Below are positions 51,112 to 59,234 of a stretch of DNA of 64,000 nt, one piece after another. The translations under genes were made by a program, and so were the position numbers. The stretch covers positions 64,001 through 128,000 of the forward strand of contig JBGSMD010000030.1 in assembly GCA_041740355.1 (NCBI GenBank), given 5' to 3'. The first letter of the stretch is position 1. Each line of letters opens with the position of its first letter. The notes under the pieces were generated by a model. That model searched no databases and had not been told where the DNA came from. It worked only from the letters and a program-made list of their open reading frames with translations. The stretch is from Bdellovibrionota bacterium (GTDB lineage Bacteria > Bdellovibrionota_C > UBA2361 > CALJRW01).

Positions 51112-53505
51112 ATGAATATAAAAATAAAACAAACTTTGCCTGTTATTTTCATGAGTATAATTATACTCGTATCTTGTTCACCTTTAGAGAAATCCTCTAA
51201 TCCGCAACATAAGGTAGATCAAAGTTTTGATCGCAGCATATTGCCAATCAAGGAACCAAAAGCACCAGTTTACACCGAACTTGATGCTCGAAATGCTACA
51301 CCACCAGCACGTTTTGAAGTTACTGCTCCTGATAAAGCACCAAACATTGTTGTTGTCTTGATAGATGATATTGGATTTGGACATTCCAGTGCATTTGGCG
51401 GTCCAATTAACATGCCAACACTTGATCGTTTAGCAGGTAACGGATTGAAATATAATCGCTTTCATACGACGGCTCTTTGTTCTCCAACACGCACAGCGCT
51501 ACTTACTGGTTATAATCATCATTCCAATAATGCCGGTGCAATTATGGAGGTAGCAACTGCTTTTCCTGGGAATACCGGCATTAGACCGCAATCAATTACT
51601 CCCGTTGCTAACGTTTTAAAAATGAACGGCTATAATACAGCTGCTTTTGGAAAGTATCATGAAACTCCACCTTGGGAGGGATCTGTTTCTGGTTCATATG
51701 ATCGCTGGCCAACAGGTTCTGGTTTTGAAAAATTTTATGGGTTTATTGGTGGTGAGACTAATCAGTTTCACCCAATGTTGTATGATGGGACTACTCGGGT
51801 TTATCCTGATGTTGAGAATAAGGATTATCATTTCACTAATGACATGACCGATCAGGCTCTTACTTGGATGAATACTCAGCAGTCTCTTACTCCGAATAAA
51901 CCTTTTTATATGTATTTTGCAACTGGTGCTACTCATGCTCCACACCATGCACCAAAGAGCTACATTGATAAGTATAAAGGAAAATTTGCTGGTGGATGGG
52001 ATCGTTTGCGAGAAGAAACCTTAGTTAGACAGAAAGCCTTAGGTGTTGTTCCGCAAGATACTGTTTTAGCAGCTAAGCCCGAGGCCATTAAAGACTGGGA
52101 CAATTTAACGGCTGATGAAAAAAGACTCTTTGAAAAACAAATGGAAGTCTTTGCTGGATTTGCTGAACATACTGATGCGCAAGTCGGACGACTAGTTGCT
52201 GCCTTAGAGGAACGAGGTGAGTTAGATAACACACTTTTTTTCTATCTAGTAGGAGACAATGGTTCTAGCGCTGAGGGAGGTATGATTGGCATGTATAATG
52301 AAAATACATATTTTAACAGTGTGACAGAAACATTAGATATGCAACTTAAAGTTATTGATGAACTAGGATCGGAGAAAGCCTATAATCACTTTGCAGCTGG
52401 ATGGGCAGTTGCTGGAAACACGCCATTTACTTGGACCAAACAAGTTGCCTCTAATTTTGGCGGAACTCGCAATGGTTTAGTTGTTCATTGGCCAGCTGGA
52501 ATCAAATCTAAGGGTGAAGTTCGTTCACAATTTCATCATGTGATTGATGTAGCTCCAACTATTTATGATGCTGTTGGCGTTCCGGCACCAGAGATGGTTA
52601 ATGGTGTGAAGCAAGCTCCGATTGAAGGAGTTACTATGGCTTATTCTTTTGATGAAGCTAGCGCCACAGATACTAGAAAGACTCAATATTTTGAGATGGT
52701 GGGTAACCGTGCAATTTATCATGATGGTTGGTTTGCAGGAACAATTCACAAGGCTCCTTGGGAAGCACAGCCAAGAGGTCCTTTGCTTGATGATGTTTGG
52801 CAACTATACGACGTAAATGCTGATTTTAGTTTGTCAAATGATTTAGCGAAGGAGAATCCAACGATGCTCAAAAAACTTCAAGCTAAATTCATGGATGAAG
52901 CAGAGAAATATCATGTCTTGCCGATTGACGATCGTTCAATTGAGCGATTTGATCCAACAATTGCTGGGCGTCCTGACTTAATGAATGGTCGTACCAAATT
53001 AGTTCTTTACCCAGGTGCTAAAGGTATTCCTGAGAATGCCTTCATCAACATTAAAAATAGGTCTCTATCACTTACGGCAGAAGTAGATGTTAAAGATTCA
53101 GCTTCTGGTGTTCTAATATGCCAAGGTGGAGATTTCGGTGGATGGTCGTTGTATATGAAAAATGGCCGACCTCATTATACATATAACTGGGTTGGCTTAG
53201 AGTCTTACACAATTGCAGCTGATCGAGCAGTTCCATCAGGCAAACATACAGTCAAATTCGATTTTGACTATGATGGTGGTGGTCGTGGGGCAGGTGGTCT
53301 GGGAACTATTTACATTGATGGTGTTAAAGCCGGAGCTGGAAGAATTGCTAAGACAAATGCTAATACTTTTGGAATTGATGAGTCAGCAGATGTTGGAGTT
53401 GATGAAAACACATCCGTTGTACCGGCCTATGGATTTAGAGAGAAAAATAAATTCACAGGAGAGATTGCTAAAGTTACAGTGGAAACATTCCCTGCTAAAC
53501 CATAG
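51112..53505 (+). CDS. arylsulfatase (Cys-type, lipoprotein) with C-terminal LamG-like domain
   Basis: Lipobox LVSC; PNIVVVLIDD, HTTALCSPTRTALLTG, GKYH, GDNG. Confidence 0.96.
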   Translation: MNIKIKQTLPVIFMSIIILVSCSPLEKSSNPQHKVDQSFDRSILPIKEPKAPVYTELDARNATPPARFEVTAPDKAPNIVVVLIDDIGFGHSSAFGGPINMPTLDRLAGNGLKYNRFHTTALCSPTRTALLTGYNHHSNNAGAIMEVATAFPGNTGIRPQSITPVANVLKMNGYNTAAFGKYHETPPWEGSVSGSYDRWPTGSGFEKFYGFIGGETNQFHPMLYDGTTRVYPDVENKDYHFTNDMTDQALTWMNTQQSLTPNKPFYMYFATGATHAPHHAPKSYIDKYKGKFAGGWDRLREETLVRQKALGVVPQDTVLAAKPEAIKDWDNLTADEKRLFEKQMEVFAGFAEHTDAQVGRLVAALEERGELDNTLFFYLVGDNGSSAEGGMIGMYNENTYFNSVTETLDMQLKVIDELGSEKAYNHFAAGWAVAGNTPFTWTKQVASNFGGTRNGLVVHWPAGIKSKGEVRSQFHHVIDVAPTIYDAVGVPAPEMVNGVKQAPIEGVTMAYSFDEASATDTRKTQYFEMVGNRAIYHDGWFAGTIHKAPWEAQPRGPLLDDVWQLYDVNADFSLSNDLAKENPTMLKKLQAKFMDEAEKYHVLPIDDRSIERFDPTIAGRPDLMNGRTKLVLYPGAKGIPENAFINIKNRSLSLTAEVDVKDSASGVLICQGGDFGGWSLYMKNGRPHYTYNWVGLESYTIAADRAVPSGKHTVKFDFDYDGGGRGAGGLGTIYIDGVKAGAGRIAKTNANTFGIDESADVGVDENTSVVPAYGFREKNKFTGEIAKVTVETFPAKP

Positions 53506-53532
53506 TTAAGGTCACTTAATTATAAGTAAGAT

Positions 53533-53569
53533 TTGCGGTACTCAAGACTCCTTGTCTTGAGTACCGCAA
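53533..53569. terminator. perfect 16-bp hairpin between convergent genes
   Basis: TTGCGGTACTCAAGAC-TCCTT-GTCTTGAGTACCGCAA. Confidence 0.75.
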
Positions 53570-53630
53570 TCTAAAAATCTTGTTTCCTAAATTTATTCTA
53601 CTTAGAAGCTAATACTTCAAGTCAAAATAA

Positions 53631-54005
53631 TTATTTTTCAAACCAAACTTTATTTTGAGACTCTGGGTCACCATTATAATTTACTAGGATTTCCTCACCT
53701 TTTTTGATTGCTTTAATTGCTTTGAAAGTAATTGTCTTGGAAGTATAGTTTGTTTTATAACGAGCATTAGGTTGATAGGAGTGGTTATAAATTGAGCCGT
53801 AACCTAGTGCAATTGCACTCCCCTGATCCTTCCAAGAGAAATAATAGTTATATAATTCAGTACCATCAATTTGCTTAGTGTCATTCTGGTTTAGTATGAT
53901 AACGGGGCAGACTTCAATAACTTCTCCAATCTCAATTTTCTCTAAGGCAAAAACTCCTTTCTTGTGAAGCTTACTTTTTTTGATGGTGATTTTCATTCCT
54001 ACCAT
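53631..54005 (-). CDS. stand-alone SET domain protein
   Basis: GVFA, IEVCPV, LGYGSIYNHS..PNA, IKKGEEILVNY. Confidence 0.93.
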   Translation of the reverse strand: MVGMKITIKKSKLHKKGVFALEKIEIGEVIEVCPVIILNQNDTKQIDGTELYNYYFSWKDQGSAIALGYGSIYNHSYQPNARYKTNYTSKTITFKAIKAIKKGEEILVNYNGDPESQNKVWFEK

Positions 54006-54055
54006 GATACTCGATTTATTTTTGTATTACTTATACATTATTTTGAAATAATTTT

Positions 54056-55162
54056 TTACTCTTTAATGATTAAATAGCGTTCCGAAAATTCATTATTAGC
54101 AACAGCGTTAATCCAAGTATTTCCCCCGTATGACTTAATAATTGCTTTTTTAAATTCCTCTGATCCTGCAACTCCTTCGGCTCTAATGCTTGTGAATACG
54201 TCTTCCACAGTAGTTAAGTTTTTACTTAACATCATTTCCTTTATTGCCTGGGCAGTAAGAGCTTTGGATAATAGATAATTAGGGTTGCTAGAGGTAAGAA
54301 TTCTACTTGCTTCAGCTATTAGGAGTTCGCCATCGCAGACATGGTAAGAACAATAATCAGAGAAAGCTTCTGATAAATGAAGGACTGATAATTTATCGGT
54401 AATTTTACCTGTCCATAATGCAACCGGAACTTTTTGTCTGAAAAAAGCATTTGCTAATTCATTGACAATTGTTTGAGTTTTCATGGCTTCGAATAAAACC
54501 GGGTCGTTTTTTGCACGAAGCTTGATTGCCTCTTCAAAGATTAAGATTTTTTCCACTTTGCCGGTTTCCGCTGTGATGGTTTGCCCAAAAAATAAGGCAT
54601 CATTTTTTAAAGGCCAGAACTTAGTTTTTCTTACATCGGGAGTAAGAGCCTTTTCTACCATCAAAACAGGAACAGCATCTAAATCCTTGAGTCCTAGTTT
54701 GCTAAAAAGCTGAGTTTGCCGATCGACATTGGCGGAGGTTCCGGAAAAGAATCGAGTATTTATAGCAAACTCATCATCTTTGACTCTAATCAAGACATGC
54801 AACAATCCCAAGCTATGCTTAGCTAAAACTTGGTTTACTTGATATAAGTATTCAGAGATAGCAGTTTGGTTTTGGCCAGCTGGTAGTTTCGGGCAAGCAA
54901 ATGCCTGAAGCTCAGGTTGAATTTCAGTTAAACAACGAATGTATTCCTTCTCGGCAAGCTCAAAAGAATAACCCCGCTTATTTTTAAATACTTCTGATTG
55001 TCTTTCATAGAAATCTAATATTTTTGTCTGTAAAGCTACTTCTTTAGCTTTTAAATCCAATACATTTTTAGTTTTAATTTGTTCTTCAGCCCTAATCTTT
55101 GGCAGGCTAGCTCCAATTGTGGCCAGAGACAGATTAGTTAAAAAGTTACGGCGCGATATCAT
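54056..55162 (-). CDS. Tat-exported hypothetical protein
   Basis: MISRRNFL twin-arginine signal; NELAN...EAFSD segment. Confidence 0.7.
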   Translation of the reverse strand: MISRRNFLTNLSLATIGASLPKIRAEEQIKTKNVLDLKAKEVALQTKILDFYERQSEVFKNKRGYSFELAEKEYIRCLTEIQPELQAFACPKLPAGQNQTAISEYLYQVNQVLAKHSLGLLHVLIRVKDDEFAINTRFFSGTSANVDRQTQLFSKLGLKDLDAVPVLMVEKALTPDVRKTKFWPLKNDALFFGQTITAETGKVEKILIFEEAIKLRAKNDPVLFEAMKTQTIVNELANAFFRQKVPVALWTGKITDKLSVLHLSEAFSDYCSYHVCDGELLIAEASRILTSSNPNYLLSKALTAQAIKEMMLSKNLTTVEDVFTSIRAEGVAGSEEFKKAIIKSYGGNTWINAVANNEFSERYLIIKE

Positions 55163-55307
55163 TATAAAATTTATTAATATAATCCAATTCAGGGAGAATT
55201 ATTTTAACAGATTAAAGTCCTTAATCAATTATTCTTTAGATGGAAGAATTAAACATCCGGATCTCGTTTCAATAGACTTTCTCAACTCCAAGTAGTAAAA
55301 CTAAGGC

Positions 55308-56672
55308 ATGACCCATTCTATCTTCTATGACTTAGAAACCAGCGATTTAAATTTCATCGGGCAAATCCTGAACTTTAGTTTTATTGTAGTTGATGCTGAA
55401 TGGAAGGTGATTGATGAGTTTAGTTCTGAAATAAAGATTACTCGATTACAGCTTCCAAGAGCGAGGGCAATTGCCGCTAATCGGATTAATGTTATCGAAC
55501 ACCAAAAAAAAGCTAAATATACCGAAGCCAGTGCCATGGCTAGAATAGCAGAGTTCCTGCAAGATTTTGTTGTGAATTGTGGTTCAAGTTCCGGGCAATT
55601 AATTGGATTTAATTCAGCTAATTTTGATTTGCCTTATTTACGAACGAGTTTAATTAGAAATGGACATAGTCCATATTTCAAAGTTCATAATCGTGATTTG
55701 TTTATCCTTGCTCAAAAACTTTGGATTACGAATGAAGATTTTCGTAAGAAAATTTTAACATATGCCGAAGCCAATTCTTTAACTGCAAATTTAAAATTAG
55801 AGACTCTTTGCAAAGCGCATAATTTACTAGAAGGTAAACAGTTGCATGAAAGTAGAGACGATGTTTTGCTAACAATTGAATTGGCTAAGAATTTACTTAA
55901 TCTTTATGGAGCAGATGTTCGAAGTTTTGAGCCTTATGAAGGACGAACGTTACATCGCAAACCTCGTGGTTCTGTTTATCAAGTAAAAACAGGGATTCAT
56001 AAGTTAGAACCTGTTGTTAGCCACTACACTCTACTCCAAGCTGAGAATAAGAGTGCCTTATGGGTTGATTTAGATCACCTAAAGAAATGTATGGAAGGAG
56101 GGAAAGAATTAAAGTCAGCCGTTAGGTGGATTAAATTTGAAGCTAAGATTTTTATTACTGATGGAGTTGAAGTTTTAGATCCGGAGTACGTTGCACTAGC
56201 AAATCAGGCACAGGAAGAATTTAAAGATTTACAAATTGATAATTTTTTTGAAAAAACTACCTGTGACATAGAACAATTTATTTACCGAATTCCATTTGAT
56301 AGCTTCAGGTTATTGGCTAAATATATGCAAGATCCCAAAGGTTCAGGGCAGTTAAGTAATGACGAAAAAGATTTGGTGAAGCGTTATCGCTTAGCTAATT
56401 ATGAATTAGGCTCTGGGGATGATGCTAAGATTTATTCAGCTCTAAAGGAATATGCTGAATATCGCTATGGTGGACAAGCACAGCTAGCTAATACCATTAA
56501 TACTGATTTACAAGGCAAAGAAAATCCGAAAGATTTTCACCCAACAATAATTGATCTAATTGCCGAAATAGATCAAGTCGCGAATGAAGATCCTGATAGT
56601 GCCAGTTTAATGCAAAGCCTTGGTGAGTTTTATCGAAAGTCAGAAATTTATAACCTACTAAAAGCAGATTAA
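55308..56672 (+). CDS. DEDDh 3'-5' exonuclease, exonuclease I (SbcB)-like
   Basis: IFYDLETSD, GFNSANFDLPYLR, LKLETL, HESRDDV; length similar to ExoI. Confidence 0.8.
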   Translation: MTHSIFYDLETSDLNFIGQILNFSFIVVDAEWKVIDEFSSEIKITRLQLPRARAIAANRINVIEHQKKAKYTEASAMARIAEFLQDFVVNCGSSSGQLIGFNSANFDLPYLRTSLIRNGHSPYFKVHNRDLFILAQKLWITNEDFRKKILTYAEANSLTANLKLETLCKAHNLLEGKQLHESRDDVLLTIELAKNLLNLYGADVRSFEPYEGRTLHRKPRGSVYQVKTGIHKLEPVVSHYTLLQAENKSALWVDLDHLKKCMEGGKELKSAVRWIKFEAKIFITDGVEVLDPEYVALANQAQEEFKDLQIDNFFEKTTCDIEQFIYRIPFDSFRLLAKYMQDPKGSGQLSNDEKDLVKRYRLANYELGSGDDAKIYSALKEYAEYRYGGQAQLANTINTDLQGKENPKDFHPTIIDLIAEIDQVANEDPDSASLMQSLGEFYRKSEIYNLLKAD

Positions 56673-56717
56673 GATTAGTCTGATCTTAATCCAGTTATGG
56701 TAAACAAATGCTAGCAA

Positions 56718-56777
56718 TCCGCCTTTGCCAAGGCTTCCACCTTCGCTGAAGCTTCGGCAGACAAGTCGGCGCGATAG
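56718..56777 (+). repeat. two nested 30-nt hairpin elements
   Basis: Outer TCCGCCTTTGCCAAGGCT|TCGGCGCGATAG is interrupted by inner TCCACCTTCGCTGAAGCTTCGGCAGACAAG (56736-56765). Confidence 0.88.
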
Positions 56778-56812
56778 TTTTCTTTGGTTTTTTAAAAAAC
56801 CAAAGAAAACTA
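56775..56812. repeat. perfect 38-bp palindrome containing the antiporter stop codon
   Basis: TAGTTTTCTTTGGTTTTTT|AAAAAACCAAAGAAAACTA. Confidence 0.92.
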
Positions 56813-58807
56813 AATTAATAGGTACTTATCGAGTGCTTGAATCTTTTCAATATTTCCAAAAATATAAATAATATCATCTGGTAGAATTTTTTCTTCAGCA
56901 GTAATTTGAGTAATAAACTGATCTCCACGTTTAATTGCTAGGATGTTAATTTCAAACTCTTGGCGAATATTACTTTCGGCAAGTGATTTACCAACGATTC
57001 GATTCTTTCCTTGTTGAACTGTGAGAGTCGAGATTTCCATGTTAGGTAGGTGGAGCACAGGAGAAATTTGATTTGCAGGCAAACGAAATAGTTCATAATT
57101 CTGAGATCTGATTTGTTGCGTGAATAATTGGATCTCATCATTTGGTATCAAATATTTACGAAGGACACGATTAAAGATTTCAATTGAGGTCTCAAATTCT
57201 TCAGGGATAATTTCATCAGCACCCAATTTAATAGATTCTGGGATTTCTTTAATAAAACGTGTGCGCACAATTAAGTAAGCATTGTGAGTAAGGGATCTAA
57301 CTTTAGTAATAATTAATTTAGTTGCTAAGGGGTCAGAAATTGCAATTACTACTACGCGTGCTTCAGGTACGTGTAAGTGTTGTAAGATAGTTTCATGCGT
57401 TGCATCTCCAAAAAATATTGGCTCGCCAGATTTTTTTGCTTCTTCAATGGAATCGGGATTAAGTTCTACAATTACATAGGAAATACCTGCTTGCTTAGCA
57501 GCCTTGGCTAAATTTTGACCATTTATTCCATAGCCAATAATTACTAAGTGATCTTTTAGTTTTTGACCATCTTGATCCGTTACTTCAGGGAATTTTCGGC
57601 TATTATTAATCACCTTTAATCTTTCTCTCACTCTTATTGGCAGAGGGCGTTTTAATAACCAGTTTGAAATTCTACTTGCTGAACCGATCACAAAAGGAGT
57701 GATCCCCATCGTTAGAATAGAAATTGCTAAGAAGTATTGGTAGACCTCGGGAGTTAATACTTTGTAATGCATACCAGTAGCGGAGAGTATAAAAGCAAAC
57801 TCTCCTACTTGAAACAGCATTAAGGTAGACATGATCACGGTTCTGGCCGCGTAACGTAAGATAGCCACAGTTGCGGCGATTACTAAACTTTTAACAACTA
57901 CAACGCCTAGGGTGAAAACTAAGATTGCCGGAAAATTTTTAATTACAAATGATAAATCAAGGAGCATTCCGATGGAAACAAAGAAAAAACTAACAAAGAT
58001 CTCCCTAAATGGTAAGACAATTGCAGCTGCCTGATGATGGTAATCCGATTCAGAAATTACTAAGCCTGCAAAAAACGCACCAAGTGCCAGGGATAATCCA
58101 ACCGAGGAAGTAAGCCACGCTGTGGCAAAGCAAAGAACTAGAATGGTCATCATGAATAATTCGTTACTTCTAGTTTTAACTACTTGAGTTAATAAATAAG
58201 GAACTACAAAACGAGCAAGGACAATAATTATTCCAAGAACACTGGCAAATTTAACAACCATCAAGAAGAGCGTCATGGGAATATTCTCTGCTTGTCCGGC
58301 AAGAATCGGAGTAAGTAACATCATCGGGACAACAATAATATCTTGGAAGATCAAGATACCAACTGAGATTCGTCCATGAGGGGAGGTAATCTCACCATTA
58401 CTATGTAAGATTTTTAAGACAATTGCTGTACTACTTAGGGATAGTAGAAACCCCATAAAGATTGCTTGATTTAAGGCGAGACCAAGGATGTAACTGACCA
58501 GTGCGGTTACTAAGATTGTTCCACCCACTTGCAGTAATCCACCACCGATGACAGTTTTACGAATTGCAACTAAACTTTTTAAGGAAAATTCAATCCCGAT
58601 AACGAAGAGAAGGAAAATAACCCCAATCTCAGCTAGTAATTCTACTTCATGTGTAGCATGAATAAACCCTAATGCTGATGGACCGATCAGTGCGCCAGTT
58701 ATTAAGAAGCCTAAAATTGCTGGGAGCTTTAATTTCTGAAAAATTAGAATCGTAAAAACCGAACAGGCAAGAATGATAACGATCTCGGAGAGTAAAGGAA
58801 TATTCAT
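56810..58807 (-). CDS. CPA2 cation/H+ antiporter with TrkA-N and TrkA-C domains (Kef/YbaL type)
   Basis: LAEIGVIFLLFVIGIEFS, LSSTAIV, IFQD, QVGEFAF, IIGYGING, GDAT, C-terminal RCK-C. Confidence 0.93.
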   Translation of the reverse strand: MNIPLLSEIVIILACSVFTILIFQKLKLPAILGFLITGALIGPSALGFIHATHEVELLAEIGVIFLLFVIGIEFSLKSLVAIRKTVIGGGLLQVGGTILVTALVSYILGLALNQAIFMGFLLSLSSTAIVLKILHSNGEITSPHGRISVGILIFQDIIVVPMMLLTPILAGQAENIPMTLFLMVVKFASVLGIIIVLARFVVPYLLTQVVKTRSNELFMMTILVLCFATAWLTSSVGLSLALGAFFAGLVISESDYHHQAAAIVLPFREIFVSFFFVSIGMLLDLSFVIKNFPAILVFTLGVVVVKSLVIAATVAILRYAARTVIMSTLMLFQVGEFAFILSATGMHYKVLTPEVYQYFLAISILTMGITPFVIGSASRISNWLLKRPLPIRVRERLKVINNSRKFPEVTDQDGQKLKDHLVIIGYGINGQNLAKAAKQAGISYVIVELNPDSIEEAKKSGEPIFFGDATHETILQHLHVPEARVVVIAISDPLATKLIITKVRSLTHNAYLIVRTRFIKEIPESIKLGADEIIPEEFETSIEIFNRVLRKYLIPNDEIQLFTQQIRSQNYELFRLPANQISPVLHLPNMEISTLTVQQGKNRIVGKSLAESNIRQEFEINILAIKRGDQFITQITAEEKILPDDIIYIFGNIEKIQALDKYLLI

Positions 58808-58834
58808 AATGTAATAATGCCTTGCCGTATAGAA

Positions 58835-58953
58835 ATAGTGAGTCCAATAAGTAGTTTCCGCAGGGAATTACTTTTTGAGGTTTACTTTAGTTATGACAAA
58901 AAATCACAAAACTAACTTTCCAATATTCGGAAGTTACTTTTGTCATAACTATA
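58835..58953. repeat. tandem pair of Correia-like palindromic elements
   Basis: ATAGTGAGTCCAA...(58835-58887) followed by TAGTTATGACAAAA...TTTTGTCATAACTATA (58888-58953); inverted counterpart of 3723-3868. Confidence 0.88.
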
Positions 58954-58954
58954 A

Positions 58955-59168
58955 ACCTGAGTTTTGGATAAGCTTTCTGTTACAAAAGTTGAACTAGTTG
59001 GAATTGCTGTGAAAAATCACAAATTGGTACTCGCTGTGGCGTGCCTTACACACCTCCGTTCCAATTTATGATTTTACTTCGCACTTCACAATTATTAAAA
59101 ATCTTCAATTTTTAATAATTTCAACTACTTCACCTTTCTCACAACGAATTCTTATCCAAAACTCAGGT
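58955..59168. mobile_element. 214-bp MITE with IS982-like ends
   Basis: Perfect 18-bp TIR ACCTGAGTTTTGGATAAG, flanked by TATAA direct repeats (58950-54 and 59169-73). Family assignment is from recalled IS982 end sequences. Confidence 0.85.
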
Positions 59169-59234
59169 TATAACTTGATGGAAGCAAGTATAACGAATAT
59201 CAGCTTGATTGCCCAGACTGTAAGCAGATCCTGG

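Noticed and set aside
44623-53570. tRNA-anchored integrative island
   Set aside because: No integrase and no duplicated tRNA 3' end were seen; accessory content alone is insufficient.
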